Shown one piece after another: positions 14,048-27,376 of a stretch of DNA of 64,000 bases. Position 1 is the stretch's first letter, and each line of letters begins with the position of its first letter. The notes below the pieces were generated by a model. That model was not told the DNA's origin, did no database searches, and worked only from the letters and a program-made list of their open reading frames with translations. Origin of the DNA: Yuukianura sp. NJ FZ-2021 (lineage: Eukaryota); the NCBI GenBank assembly GCA_046563655.1, contig CM102290.1, positions 8,494,001 to 8,558,000 of the forward strand, in the 5' to 3' direction. The position numbers and the translations under genes were made by a program.

Positions 14048-17000
14048 TTAGCGACTGCTCGCAGTCGACCAGTCTTCATTTTTGACTTCCTTCTCGGGCG
14101 GAGCCCAAATGTCGCTTACGAATGGATTGAATCCAAGTCCAGCCTGTTTCAAGAAACAAACCTTTTAAGTTTTCATATTCCCGACAAAAAAAAAACTGTA
14201 ATGTAAACTTATTTCATGTCTACCTCAATCTCCCGTTGATTTTGTAGTCCAATTCCGTTTCCAGAGTTGTTGCGTAGTGGATCCGGGCGTGTTACAGCCA
14301 AGTTAGTAGCAGGACGGGGTGTTGCAGTGTCCGATGAGAATTCCTGTGACCAGTAAAAGTTCGAACGACTCTGTGGTGGTGGATTTTGCCAAATGTCAGA
14401 CATTGAGCGTCCCTCGCGTCCGTTAGTGTTTCCCAGTCCATCAAAATCGGCTCGGTCAAATGGCGAAGAGCGGGTTGTTGGCAATTGGTTAGACCATCCG
14501 TTTCCAGTTGATGCCAAATTATCCGAGTTTGGCATAAATCCAGGAGGGGAAGTATTTCGAACGCCTTGTTCCAAACGACTCTGGTAAAACGATGTTCCCG
14601 GCCAGTGGTCTAAACATAGAAATAATATTAAAAATTCATACCACTAAAAGTAGCGTACCCTAGATAGCATCAGAATACACAAAAAATCTTACTGTCCATA
14701 GAAGAGTGGTATGACGGGAGAGCAGAGTTGTCCGACAAACCATTCAAATGTCCACGAGAAGAACCAGTAGAAGCGGATGTGAGCGTCGCAGTGTTACCGC
14801 CACTTTGAGTATTTCGTCCATATTGAGATTGTGAGCCAGTACTAGGGAGCCGATCATAAGAATTCATGTGCCAAAGTGTCGAGAGCAAGTCAGCAGGAAG
14901 AGCCGAGCTAAAATTGCATAGTTCGTTGTTAGAGCTAGGTGGAGTAGTGGAAGAGGGCGGTCGTCCGAACGGCGGAATGCTTGAAGTTGATGACGAGGAC
15001 GGATACAATTCCATTGAAGAACGAGAAGGACCATTCGAGTTGATCCTACCATCCGAATTCCGAGTTGGTTCCCAAGGTCCACTAAATCCAAGATTCGATG
15101 AGTGGTAAGCCGGTGGTTGGTTGGAAGTCATCGTCATTGCCAACGTAGTGAAAACTCCATTTACAAAGCTTCCAGTCGACGTAGCCGCGGAAGTTGATGG
15201 GGTTTGACGCGGCTGGCCGATTACTCCTGGACGACGTACAGTATTAGTATTGTTGCTTCCTGTAGCTCCACTTTGAATGCCATTTTTGTAGACGTTCCTT
15301 TGATGTTGTTGTTGATGAATTGACGGCTCGATACCTCCGTTCTGATTTCCAAACTGTTGAGAGTAAAAGGGTGGTGGCCGCATAATTGCATTCGGAATTG
15401 CACTGTAGCCCGGTGGTGGAGATGTGTACATTTGAGTGGAACCATAAAGTTCATGTCCCGATCCGGATGAAGCTCTTCGTTGCAAAAATCCATCTTGTAG
15501 TCCACCATCTTGAGACAGGCGTGGCGTTCCAGATCGCGAAGGAAAATCCACTGGAGATCCGCTGCCTAAAAGCATAAAGTTGTCAATTATAAAACACATT
15601 AGTGCTTTTTGTTCAAGTTGTTTGCCCGGTGAACGATTACTTACCATGACTTCCAGAACTCGAAGATCCACTCAACTGTTTCTGTTTGAAAGTTCCCGCT
15701 TTCTTAGTTTCAATGTTGTTATTGTTTATAGACGTGGAAGAAGTCAGTGGTTGCTTCGTTGTCTGGCGATTACCGTTGCTTACTGTAGTTGGAGAGAAAG
15801 TATTTCTAGTCAAACTGGAGTTTTTCAAATCCAACAGTTTTGGAGCCTCGGCAGTAGTTTTGAAATTTTCAACGTGTGAAAATGTGGAAGTCACGCCTTG
15901 ATTTTTCTGTTTCTTTGAAACCTGCTTCTCCTTGCGTTGCACCTTGTTTGAAGCCTTTGCTACTTCCACAGTTTCGGTAGTAGTCGTTGCTGATAAATCT
16001 ACTGGTGAAGGAGTTGTTTCTGGGGTATCCAAATGTTGTTCATCAGTTACAGGAGAAGTAGTTGACGGCCGAGATTGAACTTCTGCAGAGTCAGATGGCT
16101 CTTCCGACTTAGCTTTCGTAATAGGTTGCGTGGGCGTTTTTGGTTTGAGAATCTGACCCCTCCCCTTCCGTTTTCCAATTACTTCAGTATACTTCTTGGT
16201 TTCTGGAAGGACAGGCGTGCTTGATTCAGCAGTATGCCCAGGTTCCTTTTCTTCTACTTTGATCCATTTGGCTGTTGTAGCCGTACTCGTACTGTCTCCG
16301 CTAGCATTAAGTTCTGAAAGATACGCCGCAGTCTTTGAGTGGTGATTGTTCTTTTTCCTATTCCTGAGACCAATGGGTTGGTATGTGTCAGGACGAGTCT
16401 GTGTTTGAGTTTGCGCAGTAGTCGCAGTCGGTGCAGTGGTTGGAGCCGGTGGTGTTGAGAAACTCACAGGAAGAGTAGTCGATGGTGGTGGGCTTCGTTG
16501 AGGCGGAGTTTGACTTGCGTTACTCGGTTTAATTTTAGCAGCTAGTGGAGCTGGAGTGGCAGGTTGCGGTGATTGAACGTTTAGTTCTTGCTGGCTTCGT
16601 TTAAATCGATTGTCCACTCTTTCGTAAACCTCCCTTAGGTCAAACTTGATCTTATTTTCATCTTGTCCAGACAAATCTAAAGAAATTTACTCCTCACTTC
16701 AGTACAATCTTCTTTTCAAGTGACAACGAAAGCAAAAAGGACGAATACTTTGTAATTACCTTGAGCAGGTCGTACACGCACAGTGGACAGGATTGCTTGA
16801 GACACAATATGATTTGCATCGAAGTAGGCAAAGCACGATGCAGCCACGAATCCACTGAAGACGACAATCATAAGAATGTACTTGAGCGATTGTTCCCACG
16901 AGGGTCGTGTGATAATAGTCGAACAAGTGTCAAGCATGGCACTAGGAATCATGGCAATGAGTGTATAGTTGTAGCACTGCAAACCAAATATAAGTTTGAA

Positions 17001-20000
17001 TTTAATAAACATAACATGATGCATTAGCTAGGAAAGCTAAGGAATAAGAATAATTTACCACTCCATTAGAATCCAGAAGTCGCAGAGAACGAACCATTCG
17101 TGACATTGTAAAATCCGGCGTGTAGGCAATATCTATTGAATGGGTTTCGTTTGGTTGAAGTGTAAAGGCATTACAGTTCAAAATTCGGAATCCGAACCCT
17201 TCACACGATTCACCGGCGGATAATGTCCAGAAGCCAGGCCAGTACCCTTGTGGTGGATAAATCTCAATGACGTCAATGTTCAGCGGGATGTCACCAACAT
17301 TTCGAGCCAGAAATGATCGCCGAACTGTTAGCTGAGGTGGTAAGTACTTGCTCGCCGATGCTTCTACGAAAAAATGTAGAAAACAAGCAACCAGTAATCA
17401 GCTGTTCCAGCTAGTATATTGCATTGAATTGAATATCTAAAAAAAATATTGGAAGATTCGTTCTAACATTAAGCTAAATGAAAGTAGCCAACTCACGTTC
17501 ACATCCTTGAAGTAGTTTTTCAGTTATCTGAAACAACAGGGAAGATCCAGGAGTTCCACTTCCCAAAGTCAACAAGCCAGTGCCCGCACGTCCCTTCACC
17601 CACATTGTCTCAACTCCGGTCAAGTTGTTCCTAAAAACATTAAAGTTTTTGGTTGCACTTGATTCAATTTACGCAATACGGTTACATTACAAGGTAAAAA
17701 TAAGCTTAACTAGTAACCCAAAGTGTGACATTAGACAATCCATAACACAATACCTGATTATAATCTGAGTTGACGCTACTTGTTTTGATATCGGTTTGAA
17801 GCGACAGCGTAAGTAGAACTTAGCCGAAGGCGGAATCACAAATGACACACCAACTCTGGGTTTCGTCTCCATAAAATCCCCAACGATTGACCGTTGTACT
17901 TCCGTAAATATTCCAGACTTCTCAGTCGACTGACTGGTATCCGATGCTAGCCCGTTCAAAGAGAATACTGAAAACAATTACAACGTTATTCTATCGCATC
18001 ATGAAAATTTCCGAGTTGCTACCTCTTAATTACCAAGTATTCGAAATTAACGTTGTTATGCAGTGTGGCTTACCTAGCGCTCCTTCAGTGATATTCCCTC
18101 CTACACCGTTTCCATGAACATACTGTAACCAGTTCGGTCCATACTCCGTTCCCATCAGAGCGTGCACAAACAACGGTGTACTTGTGGGGTTATGAACCGG
18201 TACATCAATAAAAGTTTCATTTCCAATAGCCGTCAACGGAAATACGACAGCCTTTGATCCGGTGATCCTCGGCCACATGTAATTGACCTTCGTTGGTATC
18301 TTGAACCCCTTGGCAGCTCCCGTCTCCACCCAAAGTGTCATATTTGACACTAGAAACAGAATAATGGCGGTTACAACGATTATCTTAACGATTACCGGCA
18401 CTTTAATCCTCTTCTTCTTAAGTCTCCTTAGCCTGGGCATCCTTTCTACCGTTACTTCCTTCATTGTTACACTAAAGACTAAAGTTCAATTGTTCTTAAT
18501 CAGACTATCAAAAACTAAAACTGACGATTGTTGACTGTTCAAATCCCGATTAACTCTTTAGCTGTCACTTTGACAAAGTTCCAAACTGGAATGAAGGTAT
18601 TTTTACCACCAAAGAACAGAACACAACAAAAAACGAACGAAATGCGGAATGAAGGAAAACGTTGCTGAACGAGTGAATTCAGTTTCAGACAAAGGAATTG
18701 CCGTTCTCCTTCGCCTCAACCCCTCTCCTACGCGCTTGTTCCCATTTTAGCCTTCTTACAGTCTCCTTCAACAGAGGGACACACTATACGTAAATTGGGT
18801 AAATGCTGATCATTGATTACTGTAATTGTACACTACTCTATAACACATTCTCAAATGAAATTATTGTTGAAAAAGAAAAACTAAAAGCTATAATCCGCAG
18901 TATTTGCAAACCGAAAGATAATAAAATTCAATGAACTAACATAACGTTCTGTTCTCGACGAAGAGCAGCCGAGTGAAAACAAGAACAGTTATAAAACTGA
19001 TATGTAGAAGTTAAGAATCAATTGGATTAGTAAATTGGACTTACGATTGAGTTCTTTAACGTCATCAAAACGATTTTGTAGTTTCTTCAAAATGTTCCAA
19101 TCCACTTCGGCACTGTCCCAGTTGATATCACTCGCTCCAACCCAGTCTTTCCCCACTGAAAAATAAATTCAGCAAGTTACATTATGTATACAAACATAAC
19201 ATAACACATTTACACTCATTCTTTGTACTGTACAAGCATAAAACAATATCAACTAATTCCATAGTATTCTTAGTTAGTTTGTATGACAAGATGGCGAAGG
19301 CTGTTGAAAAGAACAGAGTAAATCAGTCATCCAAAGAAAACATGAAATTCAATCCATTTTCAAATTCAAAAGAGTCCTGCATATACAAAGGTCAAAAATC
19401 GGTCGAAGTAAACTTGGGCCCCCCGCCTGTCCCCACCCGTTCAAATTTTCGCGCTGCTTCAATTGTCCCCACCCATTGTCCCCACCTGGTGGGGACAAAT
19501 GTCCCCACTTGGTGGGGACAGATCTGTACCCACCAGCCGTACACCGAGTCCCTCTAGCGGCTGAATTGGAACTAGCAAATTCGAGCTGGCAACGTTGTAG
19601 CATTGCTCCGTTGTACCCACTCAGGGCAGATGTAATCAACATAGCGAAATTCAATAAGTCAAACCTACTGACGTAATCAGTATTGCGTGCTTTACCAAAC
19701 CTAACGCCGCGCCTTCGGCGCGGGAAAATATAACAGGATTTACCAAATCAAAAAGGAAAAAACGTTGCCAGCTTGAATTCAAAGGTTACTGTATTGCCGC
19801 TAGGTGGACACACTGCTTTTGGTTGTGGTGGGGACAAATGTATCCATCCGGTGGGGACACTGGGTGGGTACAATGGAGGCAGCGCGAAAATTTGAACGGG
19901 TGGGGACAGGCGGGGGGCCCAAGTTTACTTCAACCCAAAAATCAACATTTAAACTCCACTTGTCACCTTTGTCAAAAGAATCATGGTGACCCATTGACCT

Positions 20001-23000
20001 CGTACTTTGGTATCGGTTACGTAGTTACATATTACATATCACATGTAACACACAAATCAGGACATACAGTAACGGACCAACACAATCGAATGAAATCAAG
20101 TCATCAGAAGATATCTAGCTGATTGCTGATTACTATAATTTCGGTTACGATTTACATCAAAGTCAAAGCTTATAGAAATGACTCACTTGGTGAATCTAGT
20201 AAAAATCCAGAATAGCATTCCTGTCCACAGAGTTGTTTAGGATCAAAATGAACTTTTCCAACAAGAGTTTTGCGATGTGGAAGAATATCCAAGTGTTGCA
20301 TTGACATGGACGTAAACCACAGCGGAACTCCTTCTGGACGAGCAACAATATTCCTCAAACCAATCGTTTGGTTGAAGGTTGAGCTCAAGTGTAGTTTTTC
20401 TATTGAGATCTTTCCCTGTAAAACAAACAAAAAAAAACATATCAATAACTACCAAAACCATTCTTTAAAGAATTGACAAAAGGAAAACTTGACCTTTTGA
20501 CACTTACCGGAAACGCTTTGTCAAACACAACCATATCACTCTGAACGGATCCTTTGGACACGGCCACGCTAAAACGCACACGCAGCGTTTGGTTATGATC
20601 TGTAGTCACAAACGACTCTCCAGTAAACACGCCTTCCACCGTTGGATCCTTGACTTCAACAGAGAAAACAGCCATATGACCCGGTTGAAGAAACAACTAC
20701 AACAAGAAGTCAGTTTGTTACAATTCAACTTCACTATTCGAAAATTTCAAACCAGTTGAACTTTGACCTTGACCTACCGATTTCTTCAGCCCATCGAAGT
20801 TTTCTTGCATTTTGGCGAGATCTTCCTTCCTTCCTTGTCTCATACCCACCAGATCAACCTGTGCCCATGTAATGTTTGAACCCCATGACTTCAGCCTCAC
20901 TTCCACCGGATTCAAATTCCCCACTGAAAAGTATTCAATATGAGTCGAATAAAGTTCCACCCTCCCAAACTTCAAGTGACTCCCTTCCAAAGTGTGCTAA
21001 AATTAAAAAAAAAAGTTATCTTTCATTCAAAATTCATCAAAAAGTTTCAGTCATTTCCATTCTTGTAACCCTACCGCTTGTAACTTTCCATCGTAGCAAC
21101 TAATTGGTAACTTCTTGGCAGTGACGTTGCTCTTGAGAGTAAGAAATATTTCTGATTTGGGATCACACAGTTCTGATGGATTCTTGACCTTGATCCGGAA
21201 GAGGTCAACTTGTTCTCCAGAAGGAACTATGATCTGAGACGAACCATTTCCACTGTTGAAGTTTGTCAATTTCAACACCTCTGGATGACTGAGAGTCACT
21301 TCGTAAATGGCAACAGCAGTTGGAAAAGTATTCCGAATACTGAAATTTTCAAACAAGTATTACAGTTCATTGTCAAAATTCCTCCAAATTTTATTTTTAT
21401 CCCCATCACCTCATCGTTTTCCAAAATTACCTAAAATTTCGAGTAGGATAACGGCTCGTTTTGACAAAAAAGCCAAGCGAAGAACTGTTGTATTCCAGCT
21501 CTCCGCTGAGTACGACTGCCCGAAATGGAATAGTAATTGCATCACCGTGATCGCTACAAATCTCGACAAAGCCTGTCGTGTCTTTCGGGTTAGAAACTTC
21601 TGACGCTATTCAAACAAAAAAATCAAATCAAAACCTTGATTTTCAAAATCCATTCTTGACCCTTAAAAACACATTTTTCTTAAAGTTGTCCAACTTACGG
21701 TCAAAAGTTACAAGAGCCACGACTGTTGAGGCGGTACTGTCTTGCTCAATAGAGATTGGACGAAACTCTATCTTTACAGCTCTGTTCGGGTTTCCTTTGA
21801 CCGTCACGGACTACAACAGCAAATAAAGATATTATATAAATAAAACACAAATATTAATACCATTACATTTATATGTGAAGTATTATGCATTTTTCTTTTA
21901 CCTGCACATTCACTGTGAGTTGTTGAGCATTGATGAGTGACAAGGACAGTGTCTTCGGCTTATCCGTCTTCACCAAAAGGCCAAAATCCAGTGACTCTTG
22001 TGGTGAGTAGATTCCAGGAGACGAGCTCACTTGAACTTCCACTGGAACTAGTAGGTACTCTGACCCAGTTCTTGTACTATTCACTCGAATTCTATATCAT
22101 ATAAAAAGAATTCATATCACATTCAATTAGGTATAATCTTGTTTCTTTAAGGTGCGTTTATGGTTATTGCTACAAAATTACTTGATGTAACCAGTATGAT
22201 TTCCTTCGGCCTTGCCCTGGAACGTTCCCTTCATAACCGGTTTCGTCTGAAATGGTTCGATGGCCCATGCTCCCTCCTCTCCCCCTTCCAGGGGTTCGGG
22301 CAGAGACAGGCGGAAGTCAGAGCCACTGGACAAGATTTCTACGACTTGAATTCTACTGCCATGCGGATTGTGCATAGTGATCAGCGGCTCATAACTTCCG
22401 TTCACCGGAATTCGAGCTCCGACTAAAGGTTTCAGTCTATATGGATTCGGCAGTCCTATTCCTTGTACCTTCACCAAAAATACAAAACATTAATTAATTG
22501 AGTTGCACAAGAAACGTTTCAATTAAGTTCAGTCGAAAACTTTCGACTCACATAGTATTTAAATAGCCCTTTAGAGGTATGGATGTAGAGGTTGGAGTCT
22601 ACCAAACCCTCGGATCGGCTCAAGAACACAATTTCAAACGTTGTATTACTGCCGGGACTTATTACCTAAAATCATAACAAAATCATGAGTAGTCCCACTT
22701 TGTTGGTGGTGGCGGTCATAAATCATTCCAATTTTGTGTGCATTTTCCAACCTTATCCGCAAAGAATGAAGAATGGAAGTGGACAGTACTGCCCGAGATA
22801 GAGATCAGTTTCACACTTTCGTCCGTCAATTTGTTATCCACTCTAACGACTCCTAGACTTGGTATTCCCACAGTACTGCAACAAAAACACATAACATAAG
22901 TGCTTTTTAAATCGCATCTTAACTCTTCATTTCAATTAAGAACGGAAGCTCTTAAGATAGAATTAGCACAGGATTTTACCTCTCTTTGAAATCCAAAGAT

Positions 23001-25333
23001 AGTGGATGGAAGGATAGGATTTCTGATCCATCTGGTACAATCCGCTCACTCAATTCACTCTCATCTCCTACTAATCTAAAAACAACAAAGACAACAAAAT
23101 GTCACATTAGAATTTCTAAAATCAAAATTTCATACAAAAAATGGCACAGTATTGGCATAATTTTATTTTCAGAAACACAAGACACAAGCCATTAAAGACA
23201 TAACATTGTTTCCAAATTCTGAGAGAAAAACATCACGCGTAAACTTCAAAAAACGTTGAGATAGAATCCGCACCAGCGTAAACAAACGTCTATTCCGCAT
23301 CGAAGTTCTTGCTAGATTCGGTTAGTAAGGATTTCCGATTTTTAAAAACGTGCGAAATTTTGAAGATTGCTTGACTTTTATATACAGGAAAAGTTCATTT
23401 ACATTTCATTATTTCCTAAAAACTTCCGCTTTTACTTCTAGCATCTGTACTAATTGCGTTCTCCATCATCATCAAAACACTCCGCATTCTATTTTTTCAG
23501 TTTTTATCAAAATTCGGATCAAAATCAAAGTGTAGAAAACTCTTCTCACACATAAAAATAAGAACTCTGATGCCTTACTTGCTCGTGGAAAATGACTGGC
23601 CAAGAATAAGTCTTAGATCATCCTTCTCGTATGTCAATTCTGTAAAAGAACAAAAAAAAATGCTTAGAATCATAATTTTTTTTTCATTCCTTGACTCGTG
23701 ACCTCTGAAAGGTCATCCATTGGGAGTCTTGTAACTCTCGTGACTCTTGAATAACGTCATGCAGAGAGTAGCATAAATTGTATAATCATGGATTCAACAT
23801 AACCATTTTAGTATGTTTCATAATAACCTAGAAAACTTCTCAAATTCAAACACAAAACGAGACATAAAAGTGCTCTTCACAGCACTTTTAATTTTTTTAC
23901 GAGTTCATTGGAATAAGACACCAAACAATACTTTCGTTTGTTCCGACGATGCAAAACTGAATGCAGTGTCGGAACAAACATCTATCGTTTGATCCTTGAT
24001 TTTCCTAGAATGAAATTAGGAGTTACAAGTTCTAGAAATCAATTGTTATGCTTTGTGTTTCAAACAATTAACGCAGTGTAACAATAAATAACATCGCAAA
24101 ACTAATAATAGCTGCTTATGGTTATGTCTGGAAGTTCCAATCGTAAGTAGTAAAGTAAGTTTTGACACGTACACAAAAGAGACGCATGTCTTTATAGTCT
24201 AATTTTGTTAAGCAAAAACAATTTTGTTTCTGAGAACATGAACTATTTTGGATAATATTTTGGTTTTTTAGTCACGTTTGCACGCTTATAACAAAAAAAA
24301 ACATAACCATAAACAGTCTTAAAAATTTCTTTTTCAATAGTACGCATCAAAATTCAATTCTTACACATTGACTTTGTCATGTTTGACAAGACATATCTCC
24401 ATTAAGGTCAAGGGTCATCTCCGCGGGATAAACTTTTCGAAAAAAGACATTTTGAAATCTTTTGCATCAAGATCGACTAGGTTTACAGATAGTATTTCTG
24501 AATAGAATGGAAGTCAAAGAGTGAGGGCTAAATGAATTGAACATTGAAATTTATTAGGACTACATATTTTGTCGCACTTCACACGCGTCTGTGAAATCAT
24601 TGTTGCCCTTAGTCAGCAAATAAGCGCTCTAACGTTCACTCCTTTATGATAAAAACAACGTTGTTTTTAGGGAAACTGCGCAATTAAATAGTGGTATCAA
24701 ATAATCACCACATCACCATGATTTACTACCTACTGCAGGTATTAAATTCACGGAAAGTACACTGGCCGAGATAAGATTTAAATCTTGATTGATTTGAATC
24801 AATCAAAATCAAAACGCCTGAGGAACTCATAACTCGTTACATTAGTTTCCAGCTCTTAGTATTTTACATGTCCAGAAATTGAAACGATGAAGCAATGGAT
24901 ACCCAAATTTAGACTCGACAATGACATTGGACTGGAAACAATAACAATAACAGGGTCAATAATTCATGGTTAACTATTAACAACCAAGATTAGCAGACTT
25001 TAGATTAGAGATAGACGTTACACTTTTTGGTTTAGAGTTATCGGAGACAAGGATTGTCTTTCGTCTGTAGTCAACCGGCAAGTTCTGGACATAAATGGTC
25101 TGGATACATAAAGTGATGAGGAACGATTCGGGATTATTGGACGACGTTCTTGGAATAGTAAACTGTAGACGATTAGTTATTCCTTTATCAATTAATGATT
25201 GATATCGTTACCCAAGTGTTACTAATCATACTCTAAACATACCGGAAGTACGATGACGATGATCCACAGCGAGGCAACCGATATGGAGAAACAAGGCCAG
25301 AAGACATCTTGTCCAGAAGGTCATTTTGGGCAT
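14048..25333 (-). CDS. TMEM131: Transmembrane protein 131, multi-exon
   Basis: Signal-peptide exon MPKMTFWTRCLLALFLHIGCLA; TMEM131-type peptides ISISGSTVHFHSSFF, GLPNPYRLKPLVGARIPVNGSYEPLITMHNPH, IRNNLTGVE, CEGFGFRILNC, IAYTPDFTMSR; TM segment LKYILMIVVFSGFVAASCFAYFDA; long S/T/P-rich tail ending FNPFVSDIWAPP...SSR*. Confidence 0.93.
19401..19935. mobile_element. Non-autonomous TIR element (MITE, 535 bp) in a TMEM131 intron; Merlin-like by termini and TSD
   Basis: ~100-bp imperfect terminal inverted repeats (GGTCGAAGTAAACTTGGGCCCCCCGCC... / ...GGCGGGGGGCCCAAGTTTACTTCAACC); perfect 8-bp TSD CAAAAATC at 19393-19400 and 19936-19943; no transposase ORF. Superfamily assignment is inference. Confidence 0.88.
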
Positions 25334-27376
25334 GGATTGCTTCCTAGTATTAGTGGTTCTTGTTGTTGTTCTCCATTCTTGCTCTTCTGACCTGTAGAGT
25401 TGGATTTCAGCCTTGCAGTAGCATGGTTCATTTCCCCTCTTGTCGCAAACGTTCATGCCCAGTTGGTTGTTGTGTCCAAATGACCTTGTCATTTTTTCTG
25501 GAACGGTTCTCGTGTAATTTATTATGGAAACCCAGTCAAGTTCATGTGCCGAACAAAGTTTTTTCAGTTCAATATTCAATTTGAGTAGGGTAAGTCTCGG
25601 TGCTGTGTCTATGTTTCGTTGAGTTTCTTTCCTTCGAAGGTGGTGTCCAAGTCGTCGTGTCAGCTGATTGATGATCTAGGAACCTTCACTAATTAATTAT
25701 TGTCTTGGAGGGTAATCAGTGCACTAACTTGTGTGAGTGACGATGAGAACAAACCACACACCTAACACAACTGCACTGACAGGAAAACCTTACCTTCACA
25801 ACTGCACTGTTTTCACTCCATGCTAAACTCGCTCCCGTAGTACAAAGCACTAATGACCAATTCCTCCGCACCAAGTGCCGCACCAATAAATCGTCATTTT
25901 ATTTAATTTTCTCTTGTTTCTTTAATTTGTATTTTATTAATTTTTTTTTTACTTCAATTAGGTATAAACCAAAACCTTTTGTTGGCTGTAACGTGAAATA
26001 AATTTAACGTTGCATTTAAAACCTAATTTAAAACGGAACGCTTCCGTTCGAGGTTCGACTCACTACTTATTCAATGTAGCTTTTTGAAAGTTATTTTTTA
26101 GTCAACATAATTATAATATAAGATGAACGTAGTTATGTATATTAACCATTTCCTTTCGTTAACCACTTTGCGATAAATTCGTTATTGATTGATCAGCATG
26201 CCAGGGTTTTGAATTGTAAATAGTTATGACAATTAACATTCGAATCGCGTTTACTAGTTTCAAAGCAGTGATTAAAACATTAATTAGTGGTGTCTTTGTT
26301 ATTGTTCCCTGTTATTCAAAAAAAGGTTTATAACAATATTATTTCATAGTAAAAAAATATTTCCGCACCGGGAGTGCAGATATGTGGTAGATCAGAGGCG
26401 AGAATTTTGTGTACAATTGTGTGGAATGGTACGCGGACCGTGTTCGAACAAGGTTATCCCGAACATGAACTCCGTCTGTGAAAGGCGAGAGATTTGTTTC
26501 TTACAAAAAAAAAACGATACTGCAAAATTAGTAAGTAAAATATTGTACGAAACTTCATTGAATTGTATTGGAGGAATTGTACGGAGAAACAAACTACTGA
26601 AAAGACATTGGCTAGATTGTATGCCTGGTGTGAAAAATATAGTAATTTTTGGCACGGAATTTGATACTAATCGTGAACGCTTTTAGCAACATTATGAACA
26701 GGAAAGCGGTACATAATATTATTTTCTTTATAGGTAAAGGACATCTGTAAGTGACATAATTAGGGTATGTATTACATAATTAACTTCTTTGCCTTACAAA
26801 AGTTCAACTGTATTAGTATGTATCCACCACTCCCGAGCCCGCCCGCGCGCGCGTTGCGTTCTTTGTGTTTTTGTATTTGCAAGCCCTATCAGCTGTTTTG
26901 TCTGACTCGTATCTCGTCCTCCAAAAATCTTAAGACGACGAGAATTTAGCACCGGGACCGGGACGGGAGACGATTAACAATTAAGCTACTAGATAACTTT
27001 GCGGTGAATGCTGTTGCTGTTCCTGCTATCAGCTAACCTCCAATTGGTATGAAACGCTTATTTGTTTAATTTTTAGGTACCGTCAACAGAAAAATCGTTT
27101 TATTAAAGTAACCTAATTGGCAATTGAAAATTTATTACTGTTTACAGGTGTCTGAATTGACAACAGTATACTCATGGTCATATGCCGCTGAATCGTTTGA
27201 TGTTCGCTTTGCTTATTTTTATGCTGAGGAAATATCGTGATTTTTGGGCATCCAGATAATTCAGTATGCAGTATCACTTTCACTTCTACTAACAGAACAC
27301 AGACAGTAATTTACCTGGGATGTGATGTGAAGATGTGACTTAATAAACTAATTAGACTGTCGTGTGTATTTCAGAA

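Noticed and set aside
17180..17260. Suspected frameshift in TMEM131 near GYWPGFWTLSAGESCEG
   Set aside because: Careful reading shows a continuous frame.
19279..20122. Overlapping ORFs sharing VEVNLGPPPVPTR... peptides
   Set aside because: Artefacts of the MITE inverted repeats; no transposase motifs.
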